A stretch of 64,000 bases of DNA from Chrysomallon squamiferum (Eukaryota; Animalia; Mollusca): the NCBI GenBank assembly GCA_012295275.1, contig CM022665.1, forward strand, positions 17,360,001-17,424,000, in the 5' to 3' direction. Made by a program: the position numbers and the translations under genes. The notes under the pieces were generated by a model. That model worked only from the letters and a program-made list of their open reading frames with translations, had not been told where the DNA came from and searched no databases. Shown here one piece after another: positions 1 to 36,853 of the stretch; position 1 is the stretch's first letter, and each line of letters starts with the position of its first letter.

Positions 1-146
1 TTTTTTCTTTGCTTAGTGAGTTCATCTCACGTAAGGGACCTAACTCTCATCTTTTTGTGAGCACATATCACTAAAACGATATAAGTATAATCGATATGAA
101 TTTTTCTTTGCTTAGTAAATATATATATATATAGATATACAGGCAG

Positions 147-180
<34 letters not shown>

Positions 181-924
181 ACAGAGAAAAACCTCTGGTA
201 CTGAATTCATATACAATTCTAAAAGAAACAAAATTCAATTCATTAGAAATTGCCTGAAAATTTAAAAACAAACAAACTTCAGTATATTAATAAAATACAA
301 AAGAAATAATAAATTCTGATATTAAAAAACGATTCTATCAAATGACACAATAAATTATTTGATTTACTGATTTTTTTATTATAAGAACAATAAGCAAAGT
401 TGACAGGATAGAATAAATAAATAAGTAAACAATGACAGAACCACTTTGAAATTTTAAAACGATCGAAACTCGTCGTTTTTGGATTCCATTTATCGGATAA
501 TTATCGCATGTAAGCTTAGTGATTACATCTCACGTAAGGGACCTAACTCTAATCTAGGTTAGTGAACACATATCACTAAAGGGAGATAAGTCTAATCGAT
601 ATAATTTTTTCTTAGCTTAGTGACTACATCTCACGTAAGGGACATAACTCTAATCTATGTTTGTGAACACATCTCACATAAGGGAGATAAGTCTAATCGA
701 AGAAATTTTTAATAGGCTTAGTGATTACATCTCACGTAAGGGACATAACTCTAATCTAGGTTAGTGAACACATATCACTAAAGGGAGATAAGTCTAATCG
801 ATATAATTTTTTCTTTGCTTAGTGAGTTCATCTCACGTAAGGGAACTAACTCTCATCTGTTTGTGAGCACATATCACTAAAACGATATAAGTATAATCGA
901 TATGAATTTTTCTTTGCTTAGTAA

Positions 925-957
<33 letters not shown>

Positions 958-1440
958 TAGATATAGATATAGATATACAGGCAGACACACACACAAAAAA
1001 ACACACACACACACATACACAGAGAAAAACCTCTGGTACTGAATTTATATACAATTCTAAAAGAAACAAAATTCAATTCATTAGAAATTGCCTGAAAATT
1101 TAAAAACAAACAAACTTCAGTATATTAATAAAATACAAAAGAAATAATAAATTCTGATATTAAAAAACGATTCTATCAAATGACACAATAAATTATTTGA
1201 TTTACTGATTTTTTTATTATAAGAACAATAAGCAAAGTTGACAGGATAGAATAAATAAATAAGTAAACAATGACAGAACCACTTTGAAATTTTAAAACGA
1301 TCGAAACTCGGCGTTTTTGGATTCCATTTATCGGATAATTATCGCATGTAAGCTTAGTGATTACATCTCACGTAAGGGACATAACTCTGATCTAGGTTAG
1401 TAAACACATATCACTAAAGGGAGATAAGTCTAAGCGATAA
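1..1440. repeat. Tandem duplication (about 810-840 bp unit) containing an array of about 101-bp repeats plus (AT)n/(AC)n microsatellites
   Basis: The unit start GCTTAGT recurs at 11, 110, 514, 615, 716, 817, 916 and 1352 (the copies at 110 and 916 are truncated). Block about 11-600 is repeated near-identically at about 817-1440. Each full 101-mer carries AGGGACATAACTCT-like and AGGGAGATAAGTCT-like motifs. Confidence 0.95.
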
Positions 1441-1734
1441 GTATATGGTTATTTAACCAGCATAATAACAAAACAAGAAGTTGTTTTGTGGGGGGGGTTT
1501 TTTGGTTTTTTTATTTGTTTGTTTTTTGTTGTTTTTTTAAATGAAAGAAAATAAAGGTGCATACCTTATTGTTTTAGACAGAAAATGTGCAAATGTAATA
1601 TTATTGTCCTGCTTAAGTAAACCTTTTTGCACAATTCTGAAGTTTCACTTTAATTTGCAACATACCTGACAGAGACACATTAGCAGTAAGGAGAAGAGTT
1701 AAATATCATTCAAAGTTTTACAAATTTAAAATAG

Positions 1735-3334
1735 GTTCTTTAATCCAAATTATGAACCCTTGGACACTGTAAGACGCTCCTAACAGAATTGTCTGGTCAA
1801 GCTAATTAAGAATATAAAAATGTAAAAAATACTTAAAGAGTAAAGGAGTGTGAAGAAAAAAATCATATAAGTAAATTTTTTATTTTCTTGGTTAGATTTT
1901 AATTTGTTTTAGTTATTATATGAATTCTTTTGTTGCTAAATGTAAAGTATTAAATTTTGTAATTAATGTAACTGTTATAATACTGTATAACTTGAGAATC
2001 AGTTGTTATGTCATATAAATAAAACAAGGAAATATAATTGTTGCCTACAGTTTTAATTTCAAATAAACTGAATGTGATGGATTAAAAAATATAAATACAT
2101 TGCTTGCTAGAATGGCAAGATGTATAAGAATGTTCAGCATTATAACAGTATTTTAAATTTTAAAATATTTTTGGTGGTAGTAAAATGTTATAGTTGTTTC
2201 TTTCACTGCCTTTTTTTAATTTAAATTTTTTAAATTTTATACTTTTTAAAAATGATTATTGTCCTGGAAATAAAAGTGAAATTAAGAATTTATCACATAC
2301 AGTTCAAGAATTATTTGCTGACAGATTTTTAACTAGCAGAGATTTATTTACCAAATTTATGTGAAGCTGAAATTATTTTAGAGGTTTAAAAAACCTGTGA
2401 TCTATACTATTGCTACTACCTTTACTAACAATAATAATATTAATAATGATATTGAAAATGATGATGATGATAATATAAATAAATAAATAAATATTTATCA
2501 TAGAAAACCAAATAAATGAAACATGTATTTTAGATTATTATTTATAAAATTGCAAAACGCTATAAGTGTTAAATGAAAAAGAGAATTCAGAAGATGAAAG
2601 TTTCTAGTTTGTAAATCATTATATTAATCCAGTAGAGGTTTCAGGCACATTTTCAGTTTTTGATAATTTTTAAATGCAATACATTTTTTTGAATTATTTT
2701 CGTATGTATTGTTTTTAATATTATATTAGGCCTTTTCAGCAAGAGGCCCACTAACATAGATCAAATTTGCAGGGGCACAACAGTTTTATAATGCTGATGG
2801 TAATTTAGGCTTCAGTAACACAGCTAGATCAAATACACAGCTACATAATTACTATTTCATGCAAGCAATTGTTCAATACAATTTTGAAAATTTCACTTTC
2901 AGTTTACTGAAATGAATAAAAAGTAAATAAAAAAGGTATAATTTGACTCTAATTCCTAGGTTTGCGTTCACTCTGATCACTTTTAAAAATGTACCTGTGA
3001 AACAATGAAATAATGTCTTGAATATATTCTGTGAATTTCTTTCTGTCTGGTCGCCAATCTGTTCTAATAAAATAGTATTACCTCGAATTTCAGGGATGCC
3101 ACCATTTTTCCCTTTGGAGTGGTAGCTATGACACTGTGGCATACAGTGTACTTAACAAAAATAATAATAATAAAACAACACAAATAATAGAATACTATTT
3201 GTGCAGCATTCCTAAGAATAATAAATCATGAAATGAAAAGATAATGGAATGTAAAGTTTGATAATGTAGAAAGGACAAACAGAAAAATGCAGAAAAAGTA
3301 TTTCCATTTATCAAAGCCAAATTCAAGAGAAGAA

Positions 3335-3374
<40 letters not shown>

Positions 3375-6241
3375 TAGAAAATAATAAACACTGTTTCCTA
3401 ATCTATGAAGGTCAGTATATGTTTTGAAAGTAATTAGGGGGAAGTAAATGCTAGCAAGATAGATTAAGTTGACTGCCTCCTATTGTGAGCTTTCATTAGC
3501 ACTGGGAACTGTATGGTCATGTCACATGATAATATATGGCAACTTCTTCCTAGAATTTAAGGGGGAACATTCCCAGAGAGTTTTTCAAGATTCAGAGAAT
3601 AATGTTCTCTGGCTCTTGATATTGCAGGACCTTAAACAATTGTTAGTGAAGGTAAGCATTTTCACATTTGGTTAATAGTGGTTTTACACATGTGCAAGAG
3701 ATCAGCTAAGATTAGTAATTAATTTAGGCTTATTGCATTCATTTTAATATGTCTCCTAAAAAGGGATAATTAAGATATTATGTATTAATGATGAAACAAT
3801 AATTATATTTTACTTGTGTATTTTCATTTATTTTGAATATGCTGTTGCACAATTTAATAAATGTCTTGGCATAACTTTAAGTAATAGTGGTTACAATTTA
3901 TAATAATTAATGGGATTGGTATTAGTTTTCACATGGACATATATTTAAAAATAAACATGATTGATACACTGAGTATTTTCTCAGTAAACACAGTTGGTGA
4001 CACTGGTTATGTGGGATAAGCATTACTGACATAACTACTTACAGTACTGCATACATTTTATATTTATATGTAATTGTTAATTTATATGCATTGGTAATTG
4101 TATCTTTATGATGACAGTTATTCTTTTCTTTAAATGTCTCAGTGATGTTTTATTTATGTTTTCAATATAACCAAATTATGAATAACAAATACAGGATGTT
4201 TATATATATATTTATTAAAAAGCTTATGGTTTAATTATTATTAATGTATCATATATGTATAAAGTTTTTTTAGTTTTTTAGGGTTTTTTTATAGAGACTT
4301 TCATATAATGTAATTAGTTCTAGTTAACGTAAGTGGGAGAAATGATTACAGATAGATGCATGGTATTGGTTGTAGTAGACCAGGTGTCCAAGTGCCAGAA
4401 ACAGATAGAAATGAAATCACACCCATTAATCTGGTGTCAGCTATGAGTTAATGGGTTCCTACAAAAGAATCAACAGAACCACTGCTATTACATAAACAGT
4501 GGGCTTAAAATTCCAAACTGAAGTTAAGTGCTTTTGTTAAAGGTTTGATGTTTTGAACTGTATATTAATATTATATATTTGGTCGTATATTTGTTTAATA
4601 CATTTGTTTATAATTGTTTCCTTTTATCTAAACATCAGGGTTTTTTTTATATTGGTTTGATTTGTTCTGATTTCACAACTATAGAATCTTTATTATGATT
4701 TGTATCAATTAAATATTGTCAGTTTGTCCTATTATTATTTCTATATCAGGGATTATCTAGTATTAAAGCCCTTTGATTTTTAACCCTATCTTGGTTGTTT
4801 ATTCCTTGGACAGTAATCTGATGAGTAACTTATATAGTGAGTTACATACATATAGCTATTATATTATATCAACTTATCAGTATCATCTTATCCACCCCTC
4901 CCCCATCACACACACACACACATTGTTTTTGTTAATACTAAAATTGAAATTTGGGCACAAAACGAATTCTTTATAGCCCACAAGTTAATAATACAATGCA
5001 TTACAGTTATAATTTCATATAGGAACTCCTCAGATATCTGGGCAAAGCTATAATTTTTATTTTGTTGAAACCTTAATCTCATGTGAGAATATTTTAGGTT
5101 TGTTCCTTGACAGAAAAAAAAAAAAAATAAAATAAAATAAGTAAAAACATAAATAATAAAATTGTTTAGGATTAAAAGTGTGCTGTTATGTATGATATGT
5201 GAACTTTGCTCCAGTGGTCTTCTGTTATGATTTTAATAATTTCAAAACGCACAGATCGTATATACAAGTGTGAAAACAAAAGAAAATTAGATGAAGTAAA
5301 AAGGAAAATACTTTCATTTTTTATTGTTTTTACTCAGGAGGAAAATAAATGTTGATGTACTCGGTTCAGAGTATTATTATTTGTATTACATTCCTTTTAC
5401 ACCATAAAGATCATAAATTTATAGAGAACTTTAAACAATTAAAAACAATACACAACACTAAATATTTCCTTGTTCAGTTTCAGTATGATGTAGTCTACAA
5501 GCTCTGTTTCAGTCAATTTGCATAAAAAAAGCTAAAGCCTATTATACCAATATATATATATATATATATATAGTACAAAATATGTCCTTGTTCAGTTTCA
5601 GTATGGTGCAATCTACTAGCTAAGTTTCAGTACATTTGCATAATAAAACTTGCCTATGACAACCAGTATCAACAATACTAAATATTTCCTTGTGCTGTTG
5701 ACACAAGAAGACATTGAAGTTTAATAATGAATCATAAACCAAATTATTCAGACAACAATGAGGAGAATGGTGAGATTATTTTAGTTTTTCCTATTTACGT
5801 TTGAATTTGATGTATCTATATCAGTTGATTAATTGTCACTTACAGATTTGAAGATTAATTAATCATTTTTTTCTCTTTCTTTTTAGATTTAATAATAATA
5901 ATTTCTTATTCTTAAATTTGTACTTTTTTCAGTTTGAGTTCAAGAAATTAGGTATGTTGACTTACTGAGAAATAGCAATCTATTAAAAGTAACAAAAATT
6001 GTATGTAATTGTATGTAACAAAAAACATTATTACATTTGTAAACTTTTTTTAATGATAAATTTTTCATTTTCAGTTTGCTTTACTTATCTTATTATATTG
6101 AATGCCTAAACAGGAAAATGAGGAATAAAATTGCCTTTTGTACACAGAAGAAAAATGTTGAGGACTTTTTATACATCTGTTCAGGAATCTGTATAAAATA
6201 TATATTAGTGGTAAATGGCCAATGTTGTAGTGGGAACAGTG

Positions 6242-6288
<47 letters not shown>

Positions 6289-7063
6289 AATAAATAAATA
6301 AAAATAAAAAACAATAATAATAATAAAGCTGTTAAATAAATAAACCATAAAAAAAAATGTGTCTGTCTTTTGCTGCTAATGGTACAGTTTCAGCCTGTTT
6401 GTCTATATGCAAAAATTGGTAGCTATATCAGATAACAAATAATAAGTGAATTTTAAAAAAAGATGATAAGCTTAAAATGAATGAATAAATAAATTCATAT
6501 TCTGTCAGTTATTTTATTTTTAAAAAACCCACAAAACAACAAACACAATTGATAATGTTCATGGTGCCACTAAAGACAGCTAATGGGAATGATCTGCTAT
6601 CATTCACATCATTAATTTCATAACTGCCTTAGATATCAGAATGAATTTAGCTAATTATGTTTTTGTCTTCTTCTAGAACAAACATTGGAACAGACATTTA
6701 GTTCATAGTTCCAGTTACACATCATGACTGTTCTGAGACCACTGCATAATAACAGCATATATGATTTTATCCATCAAAATCAAACCATGATAGATATTTT
6801 GAGGCAGCTAAAATATAATCTTGTGTCATCTAAGGTAATGATTTGATTAATTCAAAACACTGATTTTATAAGAAATAAAAAATAATAATAATAATTCATG
6901 TTAATAAATATTAATGTGCTCTGTTTATTATTAAATGTTCTGATATTTTAATTTGCAAAGATTGTATTTGGTTCTCTATTCTCACAATTATAAATTGCAG
7001 AGGTAACAACACAATGTTGCTCTTGTTACTGCAAAAGACATGATATGTAAAAAAAAAAAAAAA

Positions 7064-7104
<41 letters not shown>

Positions 7105-8400
7105 TAATAACAAAAACAACAACAGTAATAATAATAAAAAAATTATAAAAAGCATGACCATATTTCTCTGTGTGATACAAAGAATTATAAGGCCCTATAA
7201 GCCTTAAATGAAACAGTCATGCAGGCGATAAAGTTTTGGCACTGGAAATTATTATGTGTATCTAATAGATCTTACTTGAGCACATAATTCCTTCAGAATT
7301 CATTCAGAAACTATAGAGTGGTTTCAAACAGCAGGAAATAGAAACCTGGTTCAAATTTTTTATTTTTTGACATTATGGGAACAGTTTCAGTTTTTGATTA
7401 TTTATACACACAATATACTTCTATTTTTTACTTTTTATTCATTAAAAAAGATAATATTAATTAAAAAATATATGTATGTATAAAATATTGTTATTGTATT
7501 TATCATATTTTCTAGAAAACGTTAAAAACGATGGTTTTTCTCTCACTTATAGAAATGATCAGCATCAAAATGATAGATGTATTCACAATGAATTTTATGC
7601 AACATATAAAATTACTTTTTAATGTCCTAACCACCTTGTACCAGTACAAATGTTTCTATTTTAGAATGTGGGGAAAGCACAAAATATTCAAAATAATTTT
7701 TGGTGTATTAACATTATATAAGTCTGTGCATGTTACAAAACAGAGATCATGAAAAACCACTGAATAATATAGAAGAAATAAAATTGTAGAGCATGCTTAA
7801 GAAAAACTGGGAGTTACAAATTAATGAAGAGCTATTTATTAAATATTAATAATGTGGTTTACATGAATTGACACAACAATATACATTAAATTAAGAACAA
7901 CAAGCACTTTCATGTCAGTAGATTTATATATCACTAAAAATGTCCATTATCCAGAGAGAACATACATGAATAATTTTTCTGATTAAATTTGTTTTTGGTA
8001 AACAGACTGAAAACTGTTTAAATGTTATTATAATTACAATACTGAATGTTATGTTATTTTTGTGATGATCATGAACATTTTCAAATTTAGAAAATTGATT
8101 ATGATAAATTTCAATACCTTTGCCCACATTTTCAAAAATGTTTTTTTCCCTTGCTGGTTTTTTATATTATTTAGATATGATACTTGTTGATCACTATATA
8201 AAATATAAATGATAAATGTAGAAATGCAAATAATTAATTTTAATTCCTAATCCAATTAGTGATAATAAACAAAGCAGGATATAACAACATTCTGAGTTTA
8301 AAGTTCTCATTTACAGTTAAATAATCAAGGACAAAACTCAAAAATGAATGATTCCATGGAGGCCACAAAACAAACAGAAGACAATGAATGAACACCAAAG
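1735..8400 (+). pseudogene. Possible decayed multi-exon gene (or spliced non-coding transcript) of unknown family
   Basis: Exon-like segments, mostly bounded by AG/GT: 1735-1870, 2111-2147, 2325-2383, 2730-2799, 3554-3651, 3985-4043, 4295-4542, 5023-5082, about 5700-5769 (no acceptor found), 6677-6834 and 8317-8400. The joined frame reads protein-like (e.g. MHGIGCSRPGVQVPETDRNEITPINLVSAMS*WVPTKESTEPLLLHKQWA*) but has about 13 in-frame stops. Confidence 0.4.
5460..5695. repeat. About 118-bp tandem duplication (about 2 copies)
   Basis: AAATAT(T/G)TCCTTGTTCAGTTTCAGTATG...TTTCAGT...TTTGCATAA occurs at about 5460 and 5578, with a third partial start at about 5680. Confidence 0.8.
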
Positions 8401-8427
8401 GTAAATATATCTCTTTGTAGTTATTAA

Positions 8428-8908
8428 TTTAGAGCAGAATATTTAAAATACACAGACTGCACTTTAGATAAATTAGTATATATAAAATAGAGAGCCTAGT
8501 GTTTAATGAATTAGAATATGTAAAATACACAGCCTAGTATTTAGAGAAATCAGAATATGTAAAATACACCCCCTGTAGTTTAGATAAATCACAATATGAA
8601 AAAAGACACAGTCCGGTGGTTAGATAAATTAGTAAAATACACTGTTTGTAATTTAGATAAATCAGAATTATGTAAAATACAAAGTCTACTGTATAGATAA
8701 ATCAGAATATGTAAAATTCACAGCCCAGTGTTTAGACAAATCTGAATGTTTAAAATACACTGGTTATAGTTCAGATAAACTAGAATATTTAAAATACACA
8801 ATCTAGTGTTTAGATCAATCAGAATACGTAAAATATACATGCTGCACTTCAGATAAATAAGTATATGTAAAATGCAGCTTCAAGTTTAGATAAATTAGAA
8901 TATTGTAA
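8428..8908. repeat. About 39-bp minisatellite, about 12 degenerate copies
   Basis: Unit resembling TTTAGATAAATCAGAATATGTAAAATACACAGCCTAGTG recurs at 8463, 8502, 8540, 8579 and onward. Confidence 0.9.
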
Positions 8909-8979
8909 AAAAAAACGCTATTCTGTGCTGCTCATTTTCGAAATACTAGGCCTAAAAGGTGAAAAAAATTAAAACAAAT

Positions 8980-9020
<41 letters not shown>

Positions 9021-11013
9021 TAATAGATAAATAAATAACAAAAATAAATTAATTGATTTAAAAAACAAACAAAACAACAACAAACAAACAAACATTCATT
9101 CTCCATAATGTAGCAATCATAATTTTACATTCACTTCCAAAAGACAAATCTTTTGAATTATGAATCATTTTTTATAAGCGAGTATTGGATTCATAATTAT
9201 GGGGTCAGCAGGCTGCAGCTCAGGGCCTTAAAATCTAGGAGGGCTTTGTTTCCTATTTTTTTTATTAACCAGACATTATTTCATTTGCAACGATAATTTG
9301 TATAATTTGTTTTCTGCTTGAATACAAACATACAAACAATACAAACAATAAACAATAAACATACAAACAATAAACAGACAAAAATCACTTATGAATAATT
9401 CACATTTTTATCAGCTGACTGCATATATATCGTTGTATCTATCTATCTATCTATATAAGGATGACAAAGTTAGAAACATTTAATGGCTGAAATATGAAAA
9501 TAAAGTTAAGACCACATAAATTAAAATATGTTAATAATAATAATAATCTGCACACATTTATTTCATTGGAAATTCTACTAATTTATTCGATTTATCAGTA
9601 AGGACAATATTGCATACGATCTGGTTTTAATGTTACATCACACGTTCTAATCACGTCTGCTGATCTTGGCAGACGACTGATTTAGTTAGTCTGTTCACAG
9701 AGAAAGAGGTATATTAAAATAATAATAATAACAACAACAACAACAAAAACAACAACAGTCAACAGTATCATCCAACACAGAAATGCAAACAAAACTGTTA
9801 CAATGTATTTAATGTATGTATATATGTATGTATGTATGTACAAATTAATCTCAAAAGTTCAGCTGTGACTGATGAAAAGTCCAAGGGTACATAACTCTCC
9901 CTTGTCCCTTGTTATTATTTCCTTGTAATTAATTTTCTTATTAGACTTTAGTTTGACTTTCAGCTCTAGAAAATAGGTGTGTTGATTTACACTGAAACAG
10001 AAAATTACTAGGACCAGGAAAATAAAAATCAAAGTTTGTTGTTTTTCTTCTTTTTGACAGAAATAGTACATAGGAGATTTTCAAAATAAATAACTACAAG
10101 TAAATCCAAAGAAGACTGAGAAACATTCTATTAACTAAAATAATCTTCAATATTAGGCCTGCAAGGGTCTGTGTGTTGTATTTTGTAAGTATATTTTTGT
10201 TTATCCTCTTACACCTTTGATAACTGATTATTGTTATTATTGTTATTGTTATTATTATTGTTGTTGTGTTATTACCCTGATTTCTACTTCAGATATTTCA
10301 GGAACTAAAATTTATGGCACATATGGTAATTTAACCATCTTATATTGAGTAATATGTTATTAACTATTCTGATTCAAAAACAACAAAAAAAGAAACAACA
10401 CAAACAAGAAAAAAAAAACAATCCACCATCACAACCAGCAAACAAACAAATGAAAGAAAAAAGAGAAAACAAACGAAAGAAAGAAAGAAAAAAAAACAAC
10501 AACAAACAGAGCAAAAAAGAAAAAAACAAACAAAAATAGGAGCTGTTTAAGATAGCAAAAGTAATTATGGTTCCACTTAAATTCAGAAATTTTACTTTCA
10601 GTTAATATAGGCTTCACTTTCGATTCCATAAAAATGGGTGAAATAATTATTTATTAAGAAAAAATAATTAGAAATCTGCATCAGAATTATGAATATATAA
10701 CATATATTTAACAAAGCAAATAAATTAGAATATATCGTATGATTGTTAAAAACTTGATATGAAGTAAATTTTGATATTGCAGCCAAGTAGTCCAAGGAGT
10801 AATCTGCAATTTCACGAATTTAGTTGAAAGACTTTATATAAGAACGAGTGCATTTAATTTAAAACAAAATATTAATAATTTGATGATGGATAATTACTGC
10901 AACTAAAGTGTAAATCTTATTTCTCAAAATTTGAAAAATTAGATGCTAAATTATACATATGTACTGATGTACAGCTTTTGGGACAACTAAATGAATTACA
11001 ACAAAGTCAGTGA

Positions 11014-11296
11014 ATTGTTTTCACTAATGATGAGCAGTTTTCTTATTTGACTTTCAGTTTCGAGAAACTTAATCATTAAGAAATTACATTAAAATTCCAC
11101 ATTAAAGTCGTTGAGTTTCACATTTGGAATAGTTATTTTATATATAAATCTGTTCATTATTAGTGAAAACAATAATATATAATGATTGAATATTTTCAGT
11201 GCCAATTATTTGAATTAATTTTATAAAACTGCATCGAAAGTAAAAGTTTGTGAATAACATCTGTCAGCAGATAATAGTTTTATCAAAGAAGTAAGT
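11014..11296 (+). promoter_or_regulatory. Candidate promoter and non-coding first exon of the RNF213-like gene (ISRE-like site, TATA, 5' splice site)
   Basis: CTTTCAGTTTCG at about 11051-11062 (reverse complement CGAAACTGAAAG, fitting GAAANNGAAA). TATATAAA at about 11141-11148. Donor GAA|GTAAGT at 11291. Acceptor TTTATTTCAG ends at 12046, just before the ATG at 12055. Confidence 0.4.
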
Positions 11297-11529
11297 TGGA
11301 GAAGTAAAAAATAATACTTGCAAAGCTGGACAGATTTATATTTTGATATGTTTAATAAAATCAGAATGAGAATCTTCATTTTGAAAAGATATCTAAACTA
11401 AGGGGAAACACTGTAATATTTCTGTTCTATTTATTTTGTCATAATTTATTATTTAATGAAAAACATTTAGTACAGAACTTCTATCAATTCTACAACATGT
11501 AATTAGCAAGCACCTTTTCTTGGTTGTAT

Positions 11530-11615
11530 TCTCATTGGTTGACTGTAGTTAACTGTAGTTACATTCTTATTGGTTGACTATAGTTAACTGTAGTTACATT
11601 CTTATTGGATGACCA
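11530..11615. repeat. 35-bp tandem repeat, about 2.5 copies
   Basis: ATTGGTTGACT(G/A)TAGTTAACTGTAGTTACATTCTT, with ATTGG at about 11534, 11569 and 11604. Confidence 0.85.
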
Positions 11616-12054
11616 CAATTATAATGTTATAAACACTGATCAAAAAAACCTTGTGAATGTAATGATATATAAATTATATGACAAACATATATAATTTTAT
11701 TATATTATTTAGCTTGTCTTAAAAGCCTTTTTTAATTGAAATGGAAATCTTTATTATATAAATTCCCTACTATAATACCCAATTCTGATAAATTACAGAA
11801 TCATACATATAACTCAAAGTTTGTTGAAAAAAAAAAAAAAAATGTAAATATAATTTGTATTGTTCTCTATAAATAATTATAATATTTAATAAATAGAAAC
11901 TAAAATTAATTTTTAAAAGTATTCATATGTTTGTACTTCAATCCTTATAATAATTAAAAATTAATTATTTAATATCTGTTAAAAAGAAAATGTAGTATAC
12001 TTTATCCAATAAATTTGTTACAGAAAATTATTGAAATTTATTTCAGATATCAAA

Positions 12055-35802
<23,748 letters not shown>

Positions 35803-36653
35803 GTTTGTTTTATTCCCATGTTTTCTCCTCAATGTCATTTATGTCACATTATTGGTGGCAATGATATTATTTAATTCTTTAAAACAAAGCTGACTTTTAA
35901 AAGTATTGTTACAGAACAATAAAAACCTTACTAGTAAGTTAATATTTTAATAATTTTTCTAACATAAAAACACTTCATTTATTCTGTAAATAATTAGGGG
36001 TCATCCCATCTTCTAGTTTCAGTGATATCATTCTCCTCTCCTCAGCAACAACCAAAGTATCCGATGGCAGCATCATTTCATATTTATAGTAAATTTCAAA
36101 ATACTTCATATTATATGAATGGATTTTATACATAAGTGTATCTGCTGTACTTTATGCCAACCATCTTATGACATGGATAAAGATTTAAAATATACTTGTG
36201 GCTTATTTAAACAGACAAATCTCTTATGAGCTGAAATGAAAATTGTCTTTTTTAACTATGATGGGAGATCAACATTTTAATTATAAATCTTAAAATGTAT
36301 TTGATTTACTGTGAAAGGAATACGTCATGACTGTTTTAAATTACAATTATAATAGTGAACAAAACTATTATGGCTGTATCCATGCAGTCTAAATATGATA
36401 GTTTAATAATGTGAATTAAAATAATGTACCCTCTTTCTTTCATATACCTAGTATAATGCAGTGTAAATGTAGGCACATATATATGTGACTTCATTGTATT
36501 TAGGTAATTCATTTTTGTAGCCTGTTGATATTTTGTTTTATGTTATACCAATTTATTTATATAAATTAGTATTTAATGTGAAAAAATAATTGCATGTTTT
36601 TTTTTTTACATTTTACCAGTATCATCATGAGATAGAGTTTATAAAATGTAACA

Positions 36654-36853
36654 NNNNNNNNNNNNNNNNNNNNNNNNNNNNNNNNNNNNNNNNNNNNNNN
36701 NNNNNNNNNNNNNNNNNNNNNNNNNNNNNNNNNNNNNNNNNNNNNNNNNNNNNNNNNNNNNNNNNNNNNNNNNNNNNNNNNNNNNNNNNNNNNNNNNNNN
36801 NNNNNNNNNNNNNNNNNNNNNNNNNNNNNNNNNNNNNNNNNNNNNNNNNNNNN
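36654..36853. other. Assembly gap (200 N)
   Basis: Run of N with a round length, typical of a scaffolding placeholder of unknown true size. Confidence 0.99.

Noticed and set aside
511-920. Regularly spaced palindromic repeats as a CRISPR array
   Set aside because: The whole 101-bp unit repeats with no unique spacers, there are no cas genes, and the context is a spliced eukaryotic genome.
71-1109. Minus-strand ORFs with CVCVCV/YIYIYI runs (also 6076-6314, 6911-7180, 10345-10629, 21676-21861, 43951-44187, 52800-52994)
   Set aside because: These are translations of microsatellites or A/T-rich low-complexity DNA.
1735-8400. Alternative genetic code (TAA/TAG = Gln) or systematic RNA editing rescuing the stop-rich exon chain
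   Set aside because: The neighbouring genes have long frames free of TAA/TAG, one internal stop is TGA, and the TAR excess is not significant for about 13 stops. Ordinary decay is simpler.
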